In this document: positions 11,008 to 19,614 of the stretch, one piece after another
Position numbering within the stretch: the first letter of the stretch is position 1
Layout: every line of letters begins with the position of its first letter
Made by a program: the position numbers and the translations under genes
Notes under the pieces: model-generated
The model's input: the letters and a program-made list of their open reading frames with translations, nothing else
Databases searched by the model: none
Told to the model about the DNA's origin: nothing
From: Candidatus Delongbacteria bacterium
GTDB taxonomy: Bacteria; CAIWAD01
Direction: 5' to 3'
Length of the DNA: 64,000 nucleotides
Assembly: GCA_963663545.1 (NCBI GenBank)
Contig: OY760505.1
Location: 2,848,001 to 2,912,000 of the forward strand

Positions 11008-11313
11008 TCGCGACCTCCACTCGGTTACGCTTGTTACCGGCAATTTGTGATAGTGTTAATTGACGGGGCAATGATGGGAAATGCAGAGGTGTCCGTCAAT
11101 GTTTTAACAGGAGTACCTGTCTTTTTCTGCTGCGGAAGAATTGACGCAACGCAACGCATCCAGAACGCAGTGAGAGTTGAGGTTGCATCCGATGTTCGAA
11201 GCTGATTCACTCCTAGACAGGCGGACGGCCATTTGCGCGAATCGCAGCCAGGGGTATTCACCGAAGCGAACACCTGTACAAGATAACAAGGATATTGTAG
11301 ATGTGGACTGGGC

Positions 11314-12153
11314 TTACTTCTCCAAGACGTAACGAACGGGGAGGGCGACCCAGGAGGCAATGGCCGCCCCCTGAGTACGGGCTGGATAGAAGCGCAGTTG
11401 CATCGCGTCGGCCAGTGCCGCTGAGTCCAGCGCAGCGTCCACACTGCGCAACAGACGCAATTCGTTCACCGCGCCTAGCGTATCGACAAAGGCCGTCAGC
11501 ACCACGGTGCCTGAAACGCCTCTGCGCAGCGCATCGGGAGGATAGCGGAAAAGCTCGGTCAACGCTTGCATGCTTTGCAGCGGCTGCGGCTGTACGTCGA
11601 CTTCGAAGAAGGTGTTTTCTACTTGCGGTGGTTCACTGGACTCCTGTGATACAGTGTTTGCATGACGCAATTGCAGCAGCAATCCGCTATCTGGCCCAAG
11701 GGGTGCGCCAAGAACTGCGCCATCGTCGCTAAGCGGAAGCCAGGGACTATTGCTGTTTATCACATCATTTGCATAGGTTCGCAGATGCAGTTCTGCCCGC
11801 TCACTCACCTGGCGTGCCTCCAACTGCCATTGCACACCCTGCAGAGAACCGCTGTCCACGAAGCAAGTCTGCGGACCGATTCTGCATGAGAGGCGGCGGG
11901 ACTCCAATGGTCGTAAGCGTCGCAGGCGGCTCCATGCAGCGAGATCCGCGCCAAGTGCTTCAGCGGCAACCAGACAGGAATCGAAGAGCTCCGGGGCGCT
12001 GAGTGCTTTGTAATCGGGGACCTCAACACCCGGGATTCCAGCCGACGCCTGGTAGACGTCCAGACAGAGGTGCAGCACATGTGTGTTCGGCTCACATCCG
12101 CAGAGTAGGAGCAGAACTGCGCAAGCGATAAGGGCCGGTTTCAGGCAGATCAT
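11314..12153 (-). CDS. Lipoprotein with C-terminal TonB domain
   Basis: Lipobox LLLCGC; 'YPPDALRRGVSGTVVLTAFVDTLG...LDSAAL...FYPA...PVRY'. Confidence 0.8.
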   Translation of the reverse strand: MICLKPALIACAVLLLLCGCEPNTHVLHLCLDVYQASAGIPGVEVPDYKALSAPELFDSCLVAAEALGADLAAWSRLRRLRPLESRRLSCRIGPQTCFVDSGSLQGVQWQLEARQVSERAELHLRTYANDVINSNSPWLPLSDDGAVLGAPLGPDSGLLLQLRHANTVSQESSEPPQVENTFFEVDVQPQPLQSMQALTELFRYPPDALRRGVSGTVVLTAFVDTLGAVNELRLLRSVDAALDSAALADAMQLRFYPARTQGAAIASWVALPVRYVLEK

Positions 12154-12494
12154 GAAACGCCTCCGTCGGTCTGGTTAGGTGCGGATCGCGACGGGTCGAG
12201 AGGCAGGACCCAGTACAGCGGCCTGTGTTCCAATTCAATGTGTATCACACGACTGGAGGGTAACGAAGACTGAGTAATGTGCTGTAGCAGCAGCAATCCT
12301 AACAGAAGTAGCGCTGGCGCCAGAATTCGTGATACACTCATCGTCTTGCCCCCTGCAGTGGGAGACTTCGGCTGAAGACTCGCATTCAGGCGTCGGTGTA
12401 ACTCCGTCAGCACGTGCGTCGGCACTTTCTGCTCACGCCAGCACAGTCCTTCTATTGCAAACGGGTCGTGATCCACGGACGTATTCCTCTTCAT
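12150..12494 (-). CDS. Small single-TM protein, probable anti-sigma factor
   Basis: ATGA overlap with the ECF sigma stop; one hydrophobic helix (ILAPALLLLGLLLL). Confidence 0.6.
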   Translation of the reverse strand: MKRNTSVDHDPFAIEGLCWREQKVPTHVLTELHRRLNASLQPKSPTAGGKTMSVSRILAPALLLLGLLLLQHITQSSLPSSRVIHIELEHRPLYWVLPLDPSRSAPNQTDGGVS

Positions 12495-12979
12495 TGATCT
12501 TCTTCCTCCAGCAAGGTGCGCAGTCTTCTTCGCGCCTGCAGCAAGTGCACGCGAATCGTACTGGCACGAATCCCAAGCAGCTCCGCAACGTGGGATGCAG
12601 ACCAACCTTCCAGATCACAAAGTACCCAGACCACGCGCTGGCGGTGCCCCAGGCTTTCAGCGCAACGAAGCAGCTTGTCTATGTGTGACACTCCGGATTC
12701 TGGAACACACTGATCGGCCACAGACTCCAGACCCAGAAAGCAACGCAGACGGCGCTTGCGTAGCTCACTCAGACAGTGGTTTACTTGAACGCGTCGCAGC
12801 CAGGGCAGAAGGTCTTCTTCTTTATTCAGTTGTGGAAGCCGCTGCCAGAGTTTGAGCAGCGTACACTGTGTCACATCCTGGGCATCCTGCCAGGATCCCA
12901 GGAGGCCACGCCCGAGGCGCAGCAGCTCCTGTTCGTGCTGTGACACAAGGTGGTCGAAGAGTGTACGTCGTTCGGTCAA
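12491..12979 (-). CDS. ECF RNA polymerase sigma factor
   Basis: Region 2 'DAQDVTQCTLLKLW...WLRRVQVNHCL', region 4 'EGWSASHVAELLGIRASTIRVHLLQARRRL'; TTG start overlapping the upstream stop. Confidence 0.85.
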   Translation of the reverse strand: MTERRTLFDHLVSQHEQELLRLGRGLLGSWQDAQDVTQCTLLKLWQRLPQLNKEEDLLPWLRRVQVNHCLSELRKRRLRCFLGLESVADQCVPESGVSHIDKLLRCAESLGHRQRVVWVLCDLEGWSASHVAELLGIRASTIRVHLLQARRRLRTLLEEEDQ

Positions 12980-13392
12980 ACTCCGCTTCCGTGGTCCTTT
13001 AGAACAAAGCGCACGGGCACAATGAATTCGCAGTTGACCGGCCCGGATTCGCTCAGGCCCGGACTCCATTTGCTGTTTCGCACATAGTCCATTGCCGCTT
13101 GATCCAGATCCTCGTGCGCGCTCTGTACGAGCTCAATCTGCTGGACAAGCCCGCTCGAATCAAGCTGTACTTTCAGCAGTACCAATCCGCTGTGGCCCTC
13201 GCGCAAAGCGCTTTCGGGATAGCTGGGTTGCGGCATACTGCCATCGGCCAGAGCCTGAATCACGGGCTGTTGCACTAAGGCCAGAAATGCTTCAGCTCTT
13301 TCTGATGACGAGGTCTGGGATCCATTTCCAGTTGCGAGAGCGCTGCCGACCATGACGAAAAGAAGGCAGAACAGAAGGAGTCGAGTGCACAT
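12976..13392 (-). CDS. Short TonB-family protein (signal/TM + TonB C-terminal domain)
   Basis: 'PSYPESALREGHSGLVLLKVQLDSSG...LDQAAM...WSPG...VPVRF'; GGAGG SD. Confidence 0.85.
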   Translation of the reverse strand: MCTRLLLFCLLFVMVGSALATGNGSQTSSSERAEAFLALVQQPVIQALADGSMPQPSYPESALREGHSGLVLLKVQLDSSGLVQQIELVQSAHEDLDQAAMDYVRNSKWSPGLSESGPVNCEFIVPVRFVLKDHGSGV

Positions 13393-13527
13393 AGTTCCTC
13401 CGGGTTTTCGTACTACACGCGCGATGCGTGAGAATGTTTAGTGCAGGAGTGAAAAATGTGGGCGCTGTGTACAGATTGCGATACCTTGCCGAGGTCCATG
13501 AACCGCAGACTCCCGGAAGGAAGGTCC

Positions 13528-14964
13528 ATGATGAAGCCTCTGCTATGGCTGCTTGTTTGTGCGCCAGCGTTGTTGGCCGTACCCGTCGATAAACCACAGG
13601 CTGACCAGGTGGCCGCCAACGCTTTGGCGCAGCTTCCCGAGGTCCGCGAATTGATTCCAGAGCAAGTGCGCGAGTTGGACGCGGGCTGGCTCTACGCGCT
13701 GTTGCCTCGCGGATACCTGGTGGTTTCCGCGAACACAGAGCTGCCGCCTGTTCCAGCCTGGTCGCTAAGTGCGGATGTATCACAATGGGCGGAGGGCGAC
13801 AACCTGCTTGTGGAGCTGCTGAACGCAGATCTGTCCAGCCGACTGGCTCACCTTGAACAGCTTCCGGAAAGGACGCGTAACGAGCGTGCTGCAAAGTGGG
13901 AGCGCCTGACATCGGGCTGTCGTTTCGATGGGGAGCGAGTCGACTATTGGCCGAACCCGGATAGCTCCAGCACGGGTGGATGGGTGGACGTGAACTGGGG
14001 ACAGGGTTCACCTTACAACCAGCTTGTTCCTACCAGCAGCAGTGGTGTGCGTTCGCTTGCGGGTTGTCCTTCGGTTGCGATGGCGCAAATTTTAGAGTTG
14101 CACGCCAGCACGCGTGATACACGCTTCGATTCCAGCGATCGTTATCATCACAACTACGGTGGCAACGATTACTGGATTGACGATGACGCCGATGCTTTCG
14201 GCTTTCCCAGCTTTCCCGAGTTGAACGTGCTGTTGGACAGTCTGGATGCCCGCTGGACCGACGGACGGCCGCGCGAGAATCGTGACATTGCCGCGCTCAT
14301 TTTCGCATGCGGAGTTGCCTGCCATCAGGTGTATCACCCACAGGGCTCAGGCACCTTCAGCGTATCACAGGCCTATGCCGCCTGGCAGCGCTTCGGCTAC
14401 GAGGATTGCCGACTGCTGGAGGATGATGTGGAGGAGACGTGGTCCGCCCTGCGTCAAAACATGATGGAGGGCCATCCCGCGCATCTGGCGGTGGTGACGC
14501 CAGCATGGGATGCGGGGCATAACGTGGTGGTGGACGGCTACAACAGCGAAGGCTACTTCCATATTAACTTTGGTTGGACGGGCTCCTACGATGGCTGGTA
14601 TCTGCTGCCCGATGAGTTGCCGTACAATTTGAGCGTGCTGGAGGGCGTGATCGTGGATCTGTTGCCAGCCACCGTAGATGTGCCAGCATCGCTTCCGCGC
14701 AGTGTTGACCTGGAACTGGCCTGCTATCCCAATCCGGCGAATCCAGGGATCAATGTATGCGTGCAAATGCCGGCATCACAATCGCTGGAGATCAAGGTCT
14801 TCAATCTGCTGGGACAGGAAGTTGGATGCCTGTATCACGGTGGTTGGCCCGGTGGATCACGAACCTTGTACTGGCAGCCAACTGGAGCAGGCGGTTGCTA
14901 TCTGATCCGTGCGCATTCGCAGGAAGGGGCCTCCGTCTGTTCGCGTGTTACGGTGATACCATGA
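13528..14964 (+). CDS. C10-family (streptopain/SpeB-like) cysteine peptidase with prodomain and C-terminal sorting domain
   Basis: WGQGSPYN, catalytic GCPSVAMAQI, GHNVVVDGY, HINFGWTG; C-terminal 'YPNPANPGINV..VFNLLGQEV'. Confidence 0.9.
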   Translation: MMKPLLWLLVCAPALLAVPVDKPQADQVAANALAQLPEVRELIPEQVRELDAGWLYALLPRGYLVVSANTELPPVPAWSLSADVSQWAEGDNLLVELLNADLSSRLAHLEQLPERTRNERAAKWERLTSGCRFDGERVDYWPNPDSSSTGGWVDVNWGQGSPYNQLVPTSSSGVRSLAGCPSVAMAQILELHASTRDTRFDSSDRYHHNYGGNDYWIDDDADAFGFPSFPELNVLLDSLDARWTDGRPRENRDIAALIFACGVACHQVYHPQGSGTFSVSQAYAAWQRFGYEDCRLLEDDVEETWSALRQNMMEGHPAHLAVVTPAWDAGHNVVVDGYNSEGYFHINFGWTGSYDGWYLLPDELPYNLSVLEGVIVDLLPATVDVPASLPRSVDLELACYPNPANPGINVCVQMPASQSLEIKVFNLLGQEVGCLYHGGWPGGSRTLYWQPTGAGGCYLIRAHSQEGASVCSRVTVIP

Positions 14965-15000
14965 TCCAGTAGCGTGCTGCGAAAAGTCAGAAGATGAAGA

Positions 15001-15024
15001 CGGGGGCCGAAGCCCCCGCTTTTT
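15001..15024 (+). terminator. Intrinsic terminator
   Basis: CGGGGGC-CGAA-GCCCCCG followed by a T-run. Confidence 0.75.
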
Positions 15025-15038
15025 GTGATACACAGGAT

Positions 15039-16190
15039 TTATCGACTTGGGGTGGCCATCACAACCCGGAAGCATGCGTGCTCGTCATCCGCGTGGACAA
15101 GGGGCAAGACATAGCTTGTCGAGGAGGCCGTGAACGGGAACATAAGGCTCCAGTTCAAGCCATCCGGGCTGGTTTGCAACTCATAGAGGCTGCCGGGCAC
15201 TAGATCGTTCCAGCGCAGCTGCACTGTGTTCTGGTCCAGGATTTCAATTGTTCCGGAAGGCGTCACACCACCGGGCTGCCAGCCCCAGATGCGGGCAAAC
15301 ATGTACCAGGTGGCGCGTCCCTTCAACACACAGTTGAGAGTGGCCGCGCGCGGACTGTCCGAGTGCGCACACGAGCTGCAGCCGTTATAGCCATCGCCAT
15401 CACCCAAGGTCATGATGCTCAGTTCGTGTTCGGAATTGGCGGCAGTCCACTCAACGCCCCAGTTTCCACCCGAATAGCCGTAGTTCAGATTGTCCCACAT
15501 GGGCAGGTTGTAGAAATAGTCGCCATCGGGGTTGTAGCTCTCGATGTCGGCAAAGTCAAAGAGCACACGACCATTGCTGGCGCAGTGCGCGCGAATCTGC
15601 TGATTGGCGTTGTAGATGAAGCCCGTCTCGCCCTGGCCCTCGGCGTGGCCGGTCATGAAGACGAAGGTTACCGGGTGATCCGCTGCCCTGGGCTTGCTGC
15701 CGCCAGGGCCGTATTCCGCAACCAGGATTTCCATGTTTTCGAGATAGCGCGGAATGTTGTGGCCATTAATGCTGCACCAGGACCACATGACCACATTGAT
15801 GTGCAGGTTGGCCGCGTTGTCCAGGTAGGCGCGCGTGCTGGTAACCCAGGGAGTCACGCCGTTGCCGTCGATGTAGTCGCCCTGGCTCAGGTCGGCAATG
15901 CCGGGAATGCCGTAGTCGTGAAACTCCAGCTCACCCACGCCGCTGGAGCCATAGTCGAAATAGTGCGCGAAGGGCGGGTAGTTGTACAACGCCGACATGC
16001 CGGACACAAGCTGGCTGCCGTGCGAAGTGTGGTTGTAGGCCACGTGCAGGTCGGTCTTCACCATGTCCAGAACCGCCGTGGGTACCATGTTCAGATCACA
16101 TGTGTGATCCACCAGAATCTGCTGGGCGACCGCAAAGGGGGCTACCAGCAGCCAGGTGCACAAAAAGGAAGTCTTCAGTTTCATCTTCAT
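15039..16190 (-). CDS. Secreted hypothetical protein (possible SGNH-like hydrolase fold)
   Basis: Signal peptide; motifs HTSHGSQL, MWSWC, FDFADIES; strong GC3 bias; C-terminal beta-domain ending ...CFRV. Confidence 0.8.
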   Translation of the reverse strand: MKMKLKTSFLCTWLLVAPFAVAQQILVDHTCDLNMVPTAVLDMVKTDLHVAYNHTSHGSQLVSGMSALYNYPPFAHYFDYGSSGVGELEFHDYGIPGIADLSQGDYIDGNGVTPWVTSTRAYLDNAANLHINVVMWSWCSINGHNIPRYLENMEILVAEYGPGGSKPRAADHPVTFVFMTGHAEGQGETGFIYNANQQIRAHCASNGRVLFDFADIESYNPDGDYFYNLPMWDNLNYGYSGGNWGVEWTAANSEHELSIMTLGDGDGYNGCSSCAHSDSPRAATLNCVLKGRATWYMFARIWGWQPGGVTPSGTIEILDQNTVQLRWNDLVPGSLYELQTSPDGLNWSLMFPFTASSTSYVLPLVHADDEHACFRVVMATPSR

Positions 16191-16362
16191 CTCCGCTTCT
16201 GCTTACACGTCTGTGTTCCCTCGGCATGAAACAACACTATTCTGATTAGATGGATGTGTGCTCCAGGTCACTCAGAGATGCGAAACTGAACACAATTCAA
16301 AAAGAAGCGACGGCTCGCAGCCCGCCGCTCCCAGCTTCATTTTGAGAATCCGTGAGAGTGAG

Positions 16363-16824
16363 TTACGCCTGTTCCGTTGCCTCCGTTGCCCGAGGAGGAA
16401 CCGGCGGAGGTGGCGGTGTTTGCCGCATGGCTGTTGCCAGCATGTTGGCGTAGGTCTCCGACTGCTGCATAGCTGCTTCTTCTGCGCGACGACGGTTCTC
16501 GCGGTTCATGCGCTGGGCAAGCAGAAGCACTGTGCCCAGAAAGAGCAGGATCAGGCCGATACCGCCGAGCACGTTGTTGTGAAAGGCGAACTTGCCAGCC
16601 AAGGTCGTGCCAAGGCCAACACCCAAAGAAGCCAGTGGCCAGAGATAGGGATTACTATGGAGTTGTCGCGAATCCGGCGGCAAGGGCATGCGCAGTTCTA
16701 GCGCGCGCATTCGTTCCTCGTGTCGCAGGGCTGAAACACGCAGCCGCCAGAAGACGAGCAGCGCGGCAATGGCGACATACATCAGGAACATCATCATCAT
16801 TACAAGCATCTCGGTGAAGGCCAT
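16363..16824 (-). CDS. Membrane protein (DUF6249-like, 3 TM)
   Basis: TM-'RHEERMRALE'-TM-TM architecture, divergent from an ECF sigma. Confidence 0.65.
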   Translation of the reverse strand: MAFTEMLVMMMMFLMYVAIAALLVFWRLRVSALRHEERMRALELRMPLPPDSRQLHSNPYLWPLASLGVGLGTTLAGKFAFHNNVLGGIGLILLFLGTVLLLAQRMNRENRRRAEEAAMQQSETYANMLATAMRQTPPPPPVPPRATEATEQA

Positions 16825-16949
16825 GGTGTTTGTTCCCTGTTGATTGCACTTACTTTGTCCCTTGGAGGCACCTGCGGTATGATTTGTTACTCCGCCGGGT
16901 AACTTTCCCTTTTTCTACTTCCACTAAAAGGTAAAGGAAAGGCGAGGTC

Positions 16950-17486
16950 TTGAATCGTGCCCGGCTGGAAGAGCAGTTTTCGCGTCTACTGGAGGAATCC
17001 GGCGATCGCGTCTGGACCCTCTGCCTGCGCGTGCTGGGCAACGAGACGCTGGCGCGTGATGCCTTTCAGGACTGCCTGCTGAATGCCTGGCGCGCGTTGC
17101 CCGGCTTTCGCGGCGACGCACAAGCGGGTACTTGGCTCTGGCGAATTGCTGTGCGCTCCTGCGGACAGATTCTACGGCGCGAGAAGCGGCACCTGCACGA
17201 CGAATTGCATTTTGAGGGTGAGGAGTTGTACTCGGCCCGCCTTCCCGCGCCCGACGATCAGGCGGAGGGGTGCGACATGGAGCGCTTTCTGCTTGGGGTG
17301 CTGACACCGCATCAGCGTGCAATTGTGCATCTGCGCTACACGCAGGAGCTGAGCTACGAGGAGATTGCGCAGAGCCTGGAACTCAGTCTGTCGTCGGTCA
17401 AGGTGGGCCTACACCGCGCCAAAGCGGCCATGCGCAAACACTACGAACGCCACCATCACCGGGCGACCGGGGAGAAGTCAGAATGA
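16950..17486 (+). CDS. ECF RNA polymerase sigma factor
   Basis: 'ARDAFQDCLLNAWRALPGFRG...TWLWRIA', 'ELSYEEIAQSLELSLSSVKVGLHRAK'. Confidence 0.9.
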   Translation: MNRARLEEQFSRLLEESGDRVWTLCLRVLGNETLARDAFQDCLLNAWRALPGFRGDAQAGTWLWRIAVRSCGQILRREKRHLHDELHFEGEELYSARLPAPDDQAEGCDMERFLLGVLTPHQRAIVHLRYTQELSYEEIAQSLELSLSSVKVGLHRAKAAMRKHYERHHHRATGEKSE

Positions 17487-17893
17487 ACACTCCTTTTGTA
17501 TCACCGGAAGAAGAAGCGAGCGATGACTTCAGCCGCCTGCTGAAAGAATCCCTTGGGCCGGGCAGCCTCAAGAAATTGCCCTTGGATCTGCGCGACGAGG
17601 TGATACAAACAGTTGCTGCGGCTCCTATTTATCATCGAACCAATCTGCGGCTGTTGTCCGGACCTGTGGTGATTGCACTGCCCGTAGCGAGTGTGCTGAT
17701 TTGGGTCGCGATTCTTGTGTCACGTATGCTGAGTCAAGGAATGAGCAAGCTGCAGGTGGGCCGAGCAGGTGTGTGGGTTGAACAGTGGGGCGAGGGCTTT
17801 CTGTCTCTGTCCCTTGGAATGCAGTCGCTTGTGATTCTGCTGCCGCTACTGCTGCTGCTACCGTTTTTCCTGCAGTGTCGCGAGGAATGCTGA
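17483..17893 (+). CDS. Membrane protein, probable anti-sigma factor
   Basis: ATGA overlap with the sigma stop; two TM segments. Confidence 0.65.
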   Translation: MNTPFVSPEEEASDDFSRLLKESLGPGSLKKLPLDLRDEVIQTVAAAPIYHRTNLRLLSGPVVIALPVASVLIWVAILVSRMLSQGMSKLQVGRAGVWVEQWGEGFLSLSLGMQSLVILLPLLLLLPFFLQCREEC

Positions 17894-17904
17894 TCGGTTA
17901 TGTA

Positions 17905-18558
17905 TCACTCCAGTCCGGTGCTGCTCGCGATACTCAGTCCGGCCTTATGCCAGATGTCGCGTAGCTCCTGCGCATCGTGCCGCATGGCAACAATGGCGTC
18001 CTCGACCATGCAGACTTGATAGCCGCGGTTTTTGGCTCCGCGAGCGGTGGCATACACACATTGCGCACCATCCAACCCGCACAAGTAGATCCTGTCCACC
18101 TCCTGTGAGCGCAGGTATTCATCCAGCAGTTTGTTGCCGAAGGCGTCTGACTGGCCCTTGGAGAAAACGGGTACCCCAGGCATTTGCATCACGCGCGGGT
18201 CGAAGGCCGTTCCGGGTGCCCCCGCTGCATTGATGCCACCGGAAAGGAAGCGCATCAGCGGGTCTTCGATAACATTCTGCACATAGACCACAGGCAGGCC
18301 GTGACGGCTGGCCCAGCCGATGGCGCGGTTCGTTCCCGCAATCAAATCCGCCGACACATCGGGGGCAAACCAACCTTCCGGGCCCGTGAAATCCAGTTGG
18401 ATATCCATCACAATCAGCGCCGCTTTTGGCTCATCGTAGTCGGCAATTGCAGGACCCTCGGTAGGACGAATGTAGGGACGGACGTAGAGGGTGATAGCGG
18501 CCAGGATCACAACAGGAATTGTGACGATCCAAACGAGCACCTTCTGCCAACGTTTCAT
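17905..18558 (-). CDS. Isochorismatase-family cysteine hydrolase, N-terminally membrane-anchored
   Basis: ALIVMDIQLDF, FSK..SDAF, GLDGAQCVYATA (D-K-C triad). Confidence 0.88.
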   Translation of the reverse strand: MKRWQKVLVWIVTIPVVILAAITLYVRPYIRPTEGPAIADYDEPKAALIVMDIQLDFTGPEGWFAPDVSADLIAGTNRAIGWASRHGLPVVYVQNVIEDPLMRFLSGGINAAGAPGTAFDPRVMQMPGVPVFSKGQSDAFGNKLLDEYLRSQEVDRIYLCGLDGAQCVYATARGAKNRGYQVCMVEDAIVAMRHDAQELRDIWHKAGLSIASSTGLE

Positions 18559-18585
18559 GTGACCTCCCACGAAAATCTGTCCAGA

Positions 18586-19614
18586 TCAGTTTGTATCACT
18601 TTTATCCTGCTCGCCTGCTGCGGAGCCGGGAATGCGTTCGTACACCCAGTGTTGTATCACGGCTAGAAGCGGTCCCAGCACTAGCGCCAGACCCACGGTG
18701 CGCAGCCATGTTCCGGCGTCGCTGCCCAAGGCTACAGGCTGGAGTCCGACGGCACTGTTACCCTGTAGGCTCTGCCAGAGCATGCGACCGCCACCGGCCA
18801 GCAGCACAATGCCGAAGACGCGACGAACCTGGTCGGCGCTAACACGCTGCTTCAATCGCGATCCAATAGCTGTGCCCACGGCTCCGGAAAGAATCAGCAC
18901 CAGGGCCACATTCGCTTCTACGTGGCCGGTGTGTAACACGTGGCCGCTGGAAACGGAAAGCGCTGTCAGAAACACCGTAATCTGGTTCACCGGAATCACA
19001 GACTTGATGGATGCGTGAGTCAGCCAGAGCACCAGCGGAATAAAGAAGACACCACCACCCACACCCAGGAGAGCGGCCAGCATGCCAATAAACAGCGCCG
19101 CCGCCGCAGGCAGCAGGCCACTGATTTCGGTGCCGCACAGTTTGCTGTGCCAACGCAAAGGAAGCTCGGTCAGAAGTCGGTGCGGGTTGCCTACTGTATC
19201 ACGATGCTTGCTACGCAAAAAACGCACACTAACACCCAGAAGCAATAGCGCAAAGCCGATGGTGATGATCTTGTCCAGGCCTCGAAGTGATACATCGCTG
19301 ATCCATAGGGTGGCCAATTGGCCGCCAAGAACGGCGGCTGCGCCCATCCACAGACCAAGGCGCCACTCAATACCTCCTCGACGCAGATTGTACACCAACG
19401 CACCGGAGGAGTTGGCCACAATGGCCACCGACATGGTGGCACTGGCCAGCCAGGGTGGTACGCCCAGCGCGATCATTGCCGGGACCACCACCACACCGCC
19501 ACCAATACCAACAAGTCCGGCAACCAGGCCGCCCAGCAAACCAATGCCGATCAAATGCCAGACCTGCAACACGAGTTGGCCGTCTAGTAGATACAAAGCG
19601 CCGTGCTCGATCAT
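18586..19614 (-). CDS. Sulfite exporter TauE/SafE family membrane protein
   Basis: Duplicated GLVGIGGGVVVVP / LLGVGGGVFFIP motifs, many TMs. Confidence 0.88.
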   Translation of the reverse strand: MIEHGALYLLDGQLVLQVWHLIGIGLLGGLVAGLVGIGGGVVVVPAMIALGVPPWLASATMSVAIVANSSGALVYNLRRGGIEWRLGLWMGAAAVLGGQLATLWISDVSLRGLDKIITIGFALLLLGVSVRFLRSKHRDTVGNPHRLLTELPLRWHSKLCGTEISGLLPAAAALFIGMLAALLGVGGGVFFIPLVLWLTHASIKSVIPVNQITVFLTALSVSSGHVLHTGHVEANVALVLILSGAVGTAIGSRLKQRVSADQVRRVFGIVLLAGGGRMLWQSLQGNSAVGLQPVALGSDAGTWLRTVGLALVLGPLLAVIQHWVYERIPGSAAGEQDKSDTN

